A stretch of 64,000 nt of DNA, taken from the NCBI GenBank assembly GCA_002269645.1, contig NIVC01000255.1, forward strand, positions 62,001 through 126,000, read 5' to 3'. Below are positions 1-34,329 of the stretch, one piece after another. The DNA is from Macrostomum lignano. Taxonomy: Eukaryota. The notes under the pieces are model-generated. The model was given only the letters and a program-made list of their open reading frames with translations. It had not been told where the DNA came from and did not search any database. A program made the position numbers and the translations under genes. The first letter of the stretch is position 1. Each line of letters opens with the position of its first letter.

Positions 1-1989
1 ATTAGAAAGGAAGTTAGCGTCGTTGACCAGACGAATGCTAGGGGTCGCTTGCTGGGATAGCTTTGCTGGGGTCAGTATCCAGCAGCCTTCCAGCGGAAGC
101 CTTCCTTTTGACCCCCATGTTCCATGTATGGAATTAGATGTATAGATTCGTATGAAGCCATTTGACCACATATATATAGCTGTATATATTGTATAGAGGG
201 TACAGTGGGCCCTACTATACTGTTTTGCAAAAAAAGTGCATGCAGCAATTTCCCTTCATCTTTTCAACCCCTTGCTGTACATTTTCCTATCTCCGTAATG
301 TATTTGCATGTATGCCTGCACCAATGTTGAGAATTTTCACCTAGTGCGGCAAGGGCTAGTGGAAATCGCTTTTAGGACAAAATATATGACCAATGTCCCT
401 ACCATTTGGTGAAAAAAACTCGCGGTCGACTCTTTCCATTTTTAAAAAAAGTGTGATTTTCATGTTTCTAATGGGGATTTACATGTATTTTGCCCATTTC
501 TGGTAAGCACACTGCGGCAAGGGTTAAAAGCATCCTGTTTGGCGTAACAGGTTCTTTTTGTCACCAGAAGTAAGTGGAAAAAAGAATTAGGGAGTCGACT
601 CATTCCATTCAAAAGTTATGGCCATTTGAATTGGCCATACATGTACTGATGTACTGATGTACATGTACTGATGTATTGAATTGATGTACATGTACATGTA
701 CATGTACATTTTTTTAGGAAAATTTTTTTCAGCCAAAATGGTCTGCATAATGATCCCTCAATCCAATGTGCATGCATTTTGATAGTTTTGCACTCATTCA
801 ATGAAAACTGGAGCTGCCTGACCCCATATTTTTCTCCAATTTCGGCACAGTTTTAAAAATGTACAAAAATGTATACCATGTTTCACAGTCTGCAACTTTC
901 TTGTCGTATGTACTATACACACAAGCAATATGTTGTTTGAAAGATCTACTTGTCTACTTTCCAACAAATGTAAGATCGTTGCAGTGTGTCACTTATTTTA
1001 AAAGTTATAGCCACAGAAAGAAGACCACTTTTTTGCCATTTTTCCCTTCTGCACAAGCCAAAAACAGGCTTACTGGACCCCCTATTATAGCATAGAAACA
1101 CTCATTGGAAAGTAAATTTTATATTTTTTTATTGATAATAAGCTTTATTTTCTAACCAAAACACTTTAATTCTTTTTTTCAGAACATTGCATCAATTTTT
1201 ATGATTAGTTCATTTTTCTATTTTTTATTTGCTCATTGGAGCCCCTAATAAAGATTCTCCTCACCTTAAAACCCCATATCACATGCCCTGGTGGTTGGTG
1301 GTTATTGCCCCACCCCCCCCCCCTTGGCCTCATCAGTCATCAGACCCCTCTTGAATTTGGAATTTACCTAGGCCCACCTAATCTTCAATAGACCCCCATC
1401 CCTCTATTGAAGTTTAGGTAGATAAAATCAATTCCCATGAATTGAAGATTCTCCCTACCCAAAAACCTCCCATTCCCCATGCCCCCGTAGTTGGCTTTAA
1501 GCTACAAAAAATAAAGCTCAAATTTGAAATCAGCACTATCAAAAACCCCTGTAGAGACAAAATTATGATCTTATCAAAACTGCAACTATTTTATCTACCT
1601 AAAGACTATAGTAAAGTTCAGGAAGTCCAACTTATGAGTTATGACGACAATTGACAATTTCAACGCATTTTCTCTATATTAGGCCTATAATACGAAACCA
1701 TAAAACAATATACTTCGCTACCAGGATGGTTTCAAGTATTGCATTTTCAGTATTTCATTAGAACACAAACTAAAAATGACTTACCATTGCATTGGCATAT
1801 CCAAAATTTGTCCATCATTAAACAAAAGAATAGGCCTAAGATAAGAGTAAGACTCAACAATCAAACTAAAGCTGCACCGCCAGTGTCTGTGTAATTTAAA
1901 TCGTAGTCCGAATCACATTGGGTGCACGCCCAAACAAAAACCGATAGTTTCAAAAATGCACGCCGTAAAAAATTAAGTGGTGTGACACT

Positions 1990-2249
1990 GGGCCTTTTCA
2001 TATTGCTTGCTCTGGTTCCAGAACCAGAACCAATTTGTGAAGTATAACTTTTTGTCTCCATAACTAGAGGGAAATACGTGCTATAAAGTTTTTATTATTG
2101 AATGACAATCGCCAAGTAGAAAGGGAAAAATTGTGCTAAGTTAGGCTGTTAAGGCAGTCAAATATTAACAGAGTTTAATAGTTATACTGCTGTTTTTCTT
2201 GGAATTCCGAACCGATTCTGGTTCTGGAATTGGTAATATGAAAAGGCCC
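1990..2249 (+). mobile_element. 260-bp MITE, PIF/Harbinger (Tourist)-like, copy 1
   Basis: Perfect 15-bp TIRs GGGCCTTTTCATATT...AATATGAAAAGGCCC. 3-bp direct repeat ACT at 1987-1989 and 2250-2252. Near-identical inverted copy at 2674-2933. GGGCC termini with a 3-bp TSD are typical of PIF/Harbinger MITEs. Confidence 0.8.
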
Positions 2250-2262
2250 ACTGACAGTCGTG

Positions 2263-2654
2263 CAGTGGCGTACACAGGATTTTGAAAAGGGGGGGGGGAC
2301 TTTTAAGGACAAAATTTTTGAGTAATAAAAAAGTTTTTGTGCATTTTTTCCAAAAAATATGCATTAAAAAGTACCAAAACCATGTTTTTGGGCTCAAAAA
2401 ACTTTATTTTGTTAAAATCAAATAAATTCGGCAGACGTCTGTTCTATCTTCGACAGTTTAGGAACTAGGGATTCGCGGAAATAATCGTTTAAAACATTTT
2501 AATAGTAATTAGGGGTAAAATAGGCCATTTTTGCAATTTTGCTGCGTCTATGCCGCTTTATTTTGCATTTTATTCAAAAATCCTTATTTTCGTTTTATAT
2601 AAATCATCAAAATGGGGGGATATATCCCCGGTATCCCCCCCATTTACGCCACTG
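2263..2654. mobile_element. ~390-bp non-autonomous TIR element (hAT-like termini)
   Basis: 10-bp inverted termini CAGTGGCGTA (2263) / TACGCCACTG (2645-2654) with subterminal G-run and C-run and an AT-rich interior. No clean TSD seen. Confidence 0.5.
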
Positions 2655-2673
2655 ACTGCACGCCCAATTCTTA

Positions 2674-2933
2674 GGGCCTTTTCATATTACCAATTCCAGA
2701 ACCAGAATCGGTTTGGAATTCCAAGAAAAACAGCAGTATAACTATTAAACTCTGTTAATATTTGACTGCCTTAACAACCTCACTTAGCACAATTTTTAAC
2801 ATTCTTTTTGGCGATTGTCATTCAATAATAAAAACTTTATAGCACGTATCTCCCTCTAGTTATGGAGACAAAAAGTTATACTTCACAAATTGGTTCTGGT
2901 TCTGGAACCAGAACAAGCAATATAAAAAAGCCC
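2674..2933 (-). mobile_element. 260-bp MITE, PIF/Harbinger-like, copy 2 (inverted relative to copy 1)
   Basis: Reverse complement of 1990-2249 along its whole length. Canonical TTA TSD at 2671-2673 and 2934-2936. Confidence 0.85.
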
Positions 2934-4085
2934 TTAAAACTACGCCGGACAATAAATGACCTTTTTACGTTGTGACAATAAATCACCTTTTTCATTGCGT
3001 AATAGACCCATTTCAGCAGCTAATTTAGTTAATTCTTCTACTTGGCCGCACTATTTACAGTGAAAAATTTATACATGCAACGATTCGTTTAAATGCCTTA
3101 TTACAGACTTCAAAACCCAGAAAGCGCGAATTTTACGCCTAAATATGAACTCTTTTCGCCTTTTCTTACTTCACAATAACTCTCTGCGTGATTCTATAAA
3201 GTGCGCACGCCAGGCGTATTTTCTTAGGAGTGATACACGCCAACCTGTGCACGCCTTCTTTTGGCGTGCAAGGGCCAATGCACGCCCGAATTTTCGGGTG
3301 TATCTACCACATGATCCGGAGTGTGGCATTTAAAATAAAGGCAGACTTCGATCCATGGTCTCATCCAGCAGTATGCTAAATTTGTATTATTGATAATGCA
3401 GACACTAAGTGTGTATAGATTTCTTGAGGCCGACTCCATTTAGTTTTCTTGAGGCCGACTTTAAAAGGTAGAAACTTGGAGTCCGCCTGTTAACCTAGGT
3501 TTGCTGTTATCCTACTTCCCATGCATTTACTTCAATAACTTTTTGTGGTTGAAAAATCCAACTAATCGATAATTTGAATTCCACACGCTTTATTTCTATC
3601 GGACGCGGCATCCAAACTATCATACGTCTTGCTGCTTTTCTTTTACGTCTACTAATTGTTAGTAGAATTGCACGAGTGTAACCAAAGAAGGATCATTGCA
3701 TGTACATTTAGTACTCTAGGGCTTGGCGAACTAAGTTCTTTAAGCATATGTAACATGTGAGTATTGACAGTGAATGTGTCAAATCATTCTTGAAAGCATA
3801 TAGGCCGTAAATGTCCATGAATATTTACATTTTTGAATGGCTTACAAAAAATAAACGTTTTAGGCCTGTCAAAGGGCCCATTTAGGGGCTTACTAACTTG
3901 CAGAAACAAAGTTTAATTAACAATATCTTAATTAAATCGATTTATCTCAAATCGTATCTGGATTGCAGATCAATTGCACTTTTTACAGATAGTAACTTAC
4001 TTGAATCAGAAATTGATCATTTTCATTTCACGTACAGTGTAGATTTGTCGAATAACACTTAATTCATAATTCTGTACTCATGTGC

Positions 4086-6478
4086 ATGGAGCTTCGCCAC
4101 GGGGGGGACAGCAGTAAAAGCTATGGGCGGACATGACAGTGCTTTGTCCCTCCACCCCTCCGTTGTGCTAATCAATAATTTTTCTTCAGGGCGCCAAAAA
4201 TATGGCGCCTTTGGCTCCAAAATAAGTGCCTGCGGCGCTTAAAGGAATGCCTGCGGCGCTAAAATGAGTGCCTGCGGCGCTTAAAGGAATGCCTGCGGCG
4301 CTAAAATGAGTGCCTGCGGCCCCAAAATGAGTGCCTGCGGCGCTTAAAGGAATGCCTGCGGCGCTAAAATGAGTGCCTGCGGCGCCATAATGAGTGCCTG
4401 AGGCGCTAAAAGGAATGCCTGATGCGCTAAAATGAGTGCCTGCGGCGCCATAATGAGTGCCTGAGGCGCTAAAAGGAATGCCTGATGCGCTAAAATGAGT
4501 GCCTGCGGCGCCTAAATGAGTTCCTGCGGCGCCATGAGTTCCTGCGGCGCCTAAATGAGTTCCTGCGGCGCCATGAGTGCCTGAGGCGCCTAAATGAGTG
4601 CCTGCGGCGCTAAAAAAATGCCTGATGCGCTAAAATGAGTGCCTGCGGCGCCAAAATGAGCGCCTGCGGCGCCATGAGAGCCTGAGGCGCTAAAAGGAAT
4701 GCCTGCGGCGCCAAAATGAGTGCCTGCGGCGCCAAAATGAGTGCCTGCGGCGCCATGACTTCCTGCGGCGCCAAAATGAGCGCCTGCGGCGCCATGAGAG
4801 TCTGAGGCGCTAAAAGGAATGCCTGCGGCGCCAAAATGAGTGCCTGCGGCGCCAAAATGAGTGCCTGCGGCGCCATAATGAGTGCCTGCGGCGCTAAAAA
4901 AATGCCTGATGCGCTAAAATGAGTGCTTGCGGCGCCAAAATGAGCGCCTGCGGCGCCATGAGAGCCTGAGGCGCTAAAAGGAATGCCTGCGGCGCCAAAA
5001 TGAGTGCCTGCGGCGCCAAAATGAGTGCCTGCGGCGCCATGACTTCCTGCGGCGCCAAAATGAGCGCCTGCGGCGCCATGAGAGTCTGAGGCGCTAAAAG
5101 GAATGCCTGCGGCGCCAAAATGAGTGCCTGCGGCGCCAAAATGAGTGCCTGTGGCGCCATAATGAGTGCCTGCGGCGCTAAAAAAATGCCTGATGCGCTA
5201 AAATGAGTTCCTGCGGCGCCAAAATGAGCGCCTGCGGCGCCATGAGAGCCTGAGGCGCTAAAAGGAATGCCTGCGGCGCCAAAATGAGTGCCTGCGGCGC
5301 CAAAATGAGTGCCTGCGGCGCCATGAGTTCCTGCGGCGCCAAAATGAGCGCCTGCGGCGCCATGAGAGTCTGAGGCGCTAAAAGGAATGCCTGATGCGCT
5401 AAAATGAGTGCCTGCGGCGCCAAAATGAGTGCCTGCGGCGCCATAATGAGTGCCTGAGGCGCTAAAAGGAATGCCTGATGCGCTAAAATGAGTGCCTGCG
5501 GCGCCTAAATGAGTTCCTGCGGCGCCATGAGTTCCTGCGGCGCCTAAATGAGTTCCTGCGGCGCCATGAGTGCCTGCGGCGCCTAAATGAGTGCCTGCGG
5601 CGCTAAAAAAATGCCTGATGCGCTAAAATGAGTGCCTGCGGCGCCAAAATGAGTGCCTGCGGTGCCATGAGTTCCTGCGGCGCCAAAATGAGCGCCTGCG
5701 GCGCCATGAGAGCCTGAGGCGCTAAAATGAGTGCCTGCGGCGCCAAAATGAGTGCCTGCGGCGCCAAAATGAGTGCCTGCGGCGCCAAAATGAGTGCCTG
5801 CGGCGCCAAAATGAGTGCCTGCGGCGCCAAAATGAGTGCCTGAGGCGCTAAAAGGAATGCCTGATGCGCTAAAATGAGTGCCTGCGGCGCCAAAATGAGT
5901 GCCTGCGGCGCCAAAATGAGTGCCTGCGGCGCCAAAATGAGTGCCTGCGGCGCCATAATGAGTGCCTGAGGCGCTAAAAGGAATGCCTGCGGCGCTAAAA
6001 AGAGTGCCTACGGCGCCAAAATGAGTGCCTGTGGCGCCTAAATGAGTGCCTGCGGCGCTAAAAAGAATGCCTGATGCGCCAAAATGAGTTCCTGCGGCGC
6101 CAAAATGAGTGCCTGCGGCGCCAAAATGAGTGCCTGCGGCGCCAAAATGAGTGCTTGCGGCGCCATAATGAGTGCCTGCGGCGCCAAAATGAGTGCCTGC
6201 GGCGCCAAAATGAGTGCCTGCGGCGCCAAAATGAGTGCCTGCGGCGCCAAAATGAGTGCCTGCGGCGCCAAAATGAGTGCCTGCGGCGCTAAAATGAGTG
6301 CCTGCGGCGCCAAAATGAGTGCCTGCGGCGCCAAAATGAGTGCCTGCGGTGCTAAATTGAGTGCTGACAACACCGATTCTGAAAATAATGTACATGTAGA
6401 AATCTAGTCGTGTACATTTATATGTATAATTGTTGGCTTTGCCCCCCCCCCACTATAAAATCCATGGCGACGCCCCTG
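4086..6478 (-). mobile_element. Non-autonomous hAT-like TIR element filled with a ~2.1-kb 21-bp minisatellite
   Basis: Right end TCCATGGCGACGCCCCTG (to 6478) is the reverse complement of the terminus CAGGGGCGTCGCCATGGA at 39339. Degenerate opposite terminus ATGGAGCTTCGCCA at about 4086. Shares the internal segment TGTACATTATTTTCAGAATCGGTGTTGTCA with the 39339 copy. TSD not clean. Confidence 0.65.
4205..6362. repeat. 21-bp minisatellite (GCGGCGCCAAAATGAGTGCCT and variants) with a 284-bp higher-order repeat
   Basis: Unit readable throughout. Variants include GCGCTAAAAGGAATGCCT and an 18-bp deletion unit. Near-identical ORFs at 4610, 4894 and 5178 give a 284-bp period. Confidence 0.95.
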
Positions 6479-6980
6479 CTGTGTGTAGTTGCTGCAGTGC
6501 AGCGAACCGCCCGTACTCGAGAGCACTAAGCTGCTCCATATTATGCAGCTGAGCAGTCATAGAGAACTTTGCATGACAGGTAAGGAATGGAATCGGCCCC
6601 AATGGCGGCCGCACAGACTGAGTCAAAATGCGCCAACCTTGTAAAATATGAGCACCCCGGCCACAGAATTTTAAACTTAGATCTAGGAAACTCTACACTA
6701 ATCAGGGGATCTTCAATACTCAATGTGCGGAGTTTAGCAATGTTTCAAATCCAATAAAATAGAGGTAGTGATGGAAACTCAGAGAAAATTTTGAAGTTTA
6801 AAAATAATATTATGGTTGCTTCGTAGAGCCATATGACTACTGCTTATCTGCAACTCCAAGATGTAGATTTTGGGTCTCTTTGCGTTATGGTGTGCGCAAA
6901 TTGAGTTTTAAACGGCCAACAAACACCTAAGCCAGAGTGAGACCCATTGTCAGCTGCCCTGAGCTCTCTGCTGCCCCCTC

Positions 6981-7022
6981 TAACCGTTTGGCGTTGCCAA
7001 TAGCAACTCAACCCCGCCAAAA
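6981..7022. promoter_or_regulatory. RFX X-box (GTTGCCAATAGCAAC, 6993-7007) with adjacent Myb-like and E2F-like motifs, upstream of the dynein gene
   Basis: Matches the X-box consensus GTNRCC-N(0-3)-RGYAAC, about 690 bp upstream of the predicted dynein ATG. RFX control of ciliary genes is established. TAACCG at 6981 and CCCCGCCAAAA at 7012-7022 flank it. Confidence 0.6.
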
Positions 7023-7689
7023 CGAGCAGTCTGCCTGCTGAGGAGGTGGTTGAGAACCGAGCAGAGGCAGAGGTGCAGTGCCTTTCTGTGCGCCTCTTCT
7101 CAAGCAATAAAAATATAAAGAACGGAGCAGCACAAACCGATGAAGGGGTTTTAGGGTGCGTCGTATTTTAGCTGCGCTTTTCTCGCACGGCTGAGCCCAG
7201 CAGCCTCACCTCATCTCACTCGGCATCATTATTTGTGCATCAATGCTGTACTTAGTCAGAGTAAGCTTTAGTTAAACTGAATTTCAATTGTATTCAAACT
7301 GCAGAGATTGTGTCGACGCTGAGGGGGGGAGGGGGTTTGAGATGAATAAGTGTGCAAGTGGAGCAATATCTAAATTCTATCTGGTTAATGTGTCTATGGG
7401 TGTGCGCTTCGCGCCTTAGTAACAGTTGCTAACCAAAATTATCGTCTCTCTTCTGCTTCTTCTCGCGGCGCGGAGGGAGGGTAGGACGGCGGCGAATGGG
7501 GCCGACCTGGCAGGCAAGGCTGGAGAGCAGGTAATTATAAGCAGGCCTCGTTCGTGCCGCAAGGAGCGGCCCCCTTTCCTTGCATTTGCCTTGGATCCGT
7601 AGATCTGAGACAGACCCTCCGATCTCGACAGCTAGTAACTGAGTTAGCTCACTGCTGGCATCCCAGTGCGGAGCAGCATCAGCAACGAC

Positions 7690-30247
<22,558 letters not shown>

Positions 30248-30899
30248 TTGATTAATTGATTGTTTTTTATTGAGGCAGAACTGCCGGTCTCTTTGTTTTA
30301 TTACTTTGAATTTACTTCCGCAGTTTCAACAGCCAATTGATAAGAAGAGACAGGTGTCAGGTGTTACAATAAGAATTCTAAGAAAATTACAGTTTAAACG
30401 CTGGTAAAAACATTCAGTTATAACAAACTAAAAGTGGCAGTTGGCTGTGCGAAGCGATGATTCTTTTTGTTTTGGAAAAAAACAAACAAACTTTTCTATA
30501 GGGTAGGAACTCAGTCCAACTACTATATAAGTAGAACTGGTTTTTGTTTTAACAAACTAAAGAACGTACAGAATTTATTTCCAAACGACTGTGTTATCGA
30601 TTTAATTTTAAAATATTGAATTTTTTAGTTTTAGTCTAAGAAATTTTCAGACACGCTTTACTAAATCTGGCATCTAAAATCGAATTAAAAATAATATCGA
30701 ATTTTAACGGAATTATTTTTCAAAGTTTTCTACTAACAGTAGCGTAACTTGCGTTTTTTAATTCGCCTTTTATTTGTTTATTTATTTATTTATTTAAATC
30801 GATAAAACGAATGGTATTAAAACACTGAAAAGGGGCATCAGATTTTTGGAGATGAAATAATATGACGTGCTGAAGTAGGAGTCAGGTGTGCTGATGTCT

Positions 30900-31045
30900 G
30901 TGGGAAGACAGGAAGGGTTGGGGGAGACAGGAAGGGTGGGGAGACAGGATGGGGTGAGGAGACAGGATGGGGTGGGGAGACAGAATGGGGTGGGGAGACA
31001 GGATGGGGTGGGGGGGACAGGATGGGTGGGGGAGACAGGATGTGG
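30900..31045. repeat. ~17-bp G-rich minisatellite (GGGAGACAGGATGGGGT)
   Basis: About 7 units. The GGAGACAGGA core resembles the dynein intron 5 and 7 arrays. Confidence 0.8.
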
Positions 31046-31351
31046 TGGGTGCAGTCAGGAAGGGGCAATCCCGATCATTCTCAAACGCATAACCAACTAG
31101 TTTTTGCAAAAATAATGTTCCACAAATATTATTTGTTACTATCAGTACTATGAACGGCTCGCTCCATTTTCAGCTCCTCTATTGACATCAGAAAAACCGT
31201 ATTGGCTATCCGATTTTCATCCAATTGGCAATGTAGAAATTTCCCACTCCCCTCCATACCAGGGCTTTATTAGCTAGTTTATTCCTCCTATATTAAATTC
31301 CTCCAAGCGGCCGTATCGCTGCAGCAAAGAACTCAGCCCACAGGCAGACAG

Positions 31352-31355
<4 letters not shown>

Positions 31356-31414
<59 letters not shown>
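31356..31414. repeat. (GA)n microsatellite
   Basis: Pure dinucleotide run. Confidence 0.95.
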
Positions 31415-31416
<2 letters not shown>

Positions 31417-31857
31417 TTAAAAGCCCAGAGAAAAATCAAGGCTCACGGAGTCCCCATTGTCTTTGCCGGAGAGCTGCGCACATGGGGGACTTGCCGGCGG
31501 ATCTGCTGCCATAATCCGCTCAGCTCTCTTCTTCATAATAATAATCAATCATTTTTTGAATCGGTAAGCCGCCGCCAGATTTCAATTGTTGGGGGGGTGG
31601 ATTTTGTTTGAATGGAGCCGCGCTATTATTCTGATTAATAAATTATAATTATAATTGATTTTCCTCCAAGAGAACCGGATTTGCAGTCCGGGAAAATAAA
31701 ATAAAATGGCTGGAGGCAGCAAAAAAGTTGATTGCATTTTTTATTTCATTCTTAGGCCAGACTCTATTCAGGCTATTGTTTAACTGTTGCATTCGGCAGG
31801 AGATCTGCCTTGATTTGGGGCATTGAAGCCTGCTTGTGAATTTGCGTAAGTAATTAC

Positions 31858-33630
31858 TTGATTTGTGTCAGGTCGATAATATTTGTGTCAGTCTAGATGA
31901 TTCTGGATTTGTGTCAGGAGGATACTTGATTTGTGTCAGGTCGATAATATTTGTGTCAGTCTGGTTGATTCTGGATTTGTGTCAGGATGATATTTGATTT
32001 GTGTCAGGATGATACTTGATTTGTGTCGGGATGATTCTGGATTTGTGTCAGGATGATTATGGATTTGTGTCAGGATGACTCTGGATTTGTGTCAGGATGA
32101 TTCTGGATTTGTGTCAGGATGATACTTGATTTGTGTCAGGATGATACTTGATTTGTGTCAGGATGATACTTGATTTGCGTCAGGATGATACTTGATTTGT
32201 GTCAGGATGATACTTGATTTGTTTAAGGATGATTCTGGATTTGTGTCAGGATGACTCTGGATTTGTGTCAGGATGACTCTGGATTTGTGTCAGGATGATT
32301 ATGGATTTGTGTCAGGATGATTCTGGATTTGTGTCAGGATGACTCTGGATTTGTGTCAGGATGATTCTGGATTTGTGTCAGGATGACTCTGGATTTGTGT
32401 CAGGATGATACTTGATTTGTTTCAGGATGATTCTGGATTTGTGTCAGGATGATTCTGGATTTGTGTCAGGATGATTATGGATTTGTGTCAGGATGATACT
32501 TGATTTGTGTCAGGATGATACTTGATTTGTTTCAGGATGATACTTGATTTGTGTCAGGATGATTCTGGATTTGTGTCAGGATGATTATGGATTTGTGTCA
32601 GGATGATTCTGGATTTGTGTCAGGATGATACTGGATTTGTGTCAGAATGATTCTTGATTTGTGTCAGGATGATACTTGATTTGTTTCAGGATGATTCTGG
32701 ATTTGTGTCAGGATGATTCTGGATTTGTGTCAGGATGATTCTGTATTTGTGTCAGGATGATTCTGGATTTGTGTCAGGATGATTCTGGATTTGTGTCAGG
32801 ATGATACTTGATTTGTTTCAGGATGATTCTGGATTTGTGTCAGGATGATTCTGGATTTGTGTCAGGATGATTATGGATTTGTGTCAGGATGATTCTGGAT
32901 TTGTGTCAGGATGATTCTGGATTTGTGTCAGGATGATTCTGGATTTGTGTCAGGATGATTCTGGATTTGTGTCAGGATGATACTTTATTTGTGTCAGAAT
33001 GATTCTGGATTTGCTTCAGTCTAAATGATTCTAAATTTGTGTCAGGATACAGTATTTGTGTCAGATTAGTTTCAGTGGATACAGTATTTGTGTCAGATTA
33101 GTTTCAGTGGATACAGTATTTGTGTCAGATTAGTTTCAGTGGATACAGTATTTGTGTCAGATTAGTTTCAGTTGATACAGTATTTGTGTCAGATTAGTTT
33201 CAGTGGATACAGTATTTGTGTCAGATTAGTTTCAGTGGATACAGTATTTGTGTCAGATTAGTTTCAGTTGATACAGTATTTGTGTCAGATTAGTTTCAGT
33301 GGATACAGTATTTGTGTCAGATTAGTTTCAGTTGATACAGTATTTGTGTCAGATTAGTTTCAGTGGATACAGTATTTGTGTCAGATTAGTTTCATTTGAT
33401 ACAGTATTTGTGTCAGATTAGTTTCAGTGGATACAGTATTTGTGTCAGATTAGTTTCAGTGGATACAGTATTTGTGTCAGATTAGTTTCATTTGATACAG
33501 TATTTGTGTCAGATTAGTTTCAGTTGATACAGTATTTGTGTCAGATTAGTTTCAGTGGATACAGTATTTGTGTCAGATTAGTTTCAGTGGATACAGTATT
33601 TGTGTCAGATTAGTTTCAGTGGGTACAGTG
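31858..33630. repeat. Composite minisatellite: 22-bp unit (GGATTTGTGTCAGGATGATTCT) to ~33045, then 32-bp unit (ATACAGTATTTGTGTCAGATTAGTTTCAGTGG)
   Basis: Both units share the core TTTGTGTCAG; the switch between them is abrupt. Confidence 0.95.
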
Positions 33631-34329
33631 TTTGTGTCAGGCTCGCTCGTTATCGAAGTTGTTATCGAAGAGCTAAATGAGACGGCGAGATGCCTCATCA
33701 TGAGGCCACTAATTAAAAGCTGCAAATTGATTGCGGGGATGAAACCCTCAATTGAAGCTATATTAGGATCTGAAATGAAAGGCGCTTTCTTAGAAAGAAC
33801 AAAACCCTACACCCCTCAGTTGCCCACTAAGGCAGGAAGGCCTGAATCTTTTCGGGAAACAGCGGCCTCACTTCAGTTATAAAACCAAACACTTTTCCGG
33901 CAACAAAAACTGAAAGTCGAAAACGGAGCGCAACTTCCGGTTTTGCCGTTCGTCACGTTATAACAAATCGTGATTTTACACCTACCGCAGATTTCGTTAA
34001 TTAGACGCTGAAAAGCACTTCCTGATTGCCCTTCATCAAAGCAAAAGCTGCGGAATTTTGCAGTGAAATTTTTGTTTAAAACAGGCGGAACATCTTGCTA
34101 CAGTTGTGGATTAGTCAGAAGGACTAGACATTTTTTTAGAAAATGAAAACTTCAACTTTATTGCCAAAGACAAATGCCTAACAGCTTCTTAGATTCTTAT
34201 TGGTCCTTTTTGTGCAGAAAAGGTGAGAATGCGTGTGCGCTATAATATATAAACATTATTGTCTCATTATTGAATAGAATTTTCATTTCAATACTGCCTC
34301 ATTTATCCTCCGAACCAATTGACATGACA

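Noticed and set aside
4610-6407. ORFs of APQALIL / AAGTHFG / CGAKMSA repeats
   Set aside because: Open frames on both strands are the automatic result of a stop-free 21-bp unit; there is no unique coding context or splice support.
33568-33882. 104-aa ORF leaving the 32-bp array
   Set aside because: It starts at a non-ATG codon inside the repeat, with no motif or splice support.
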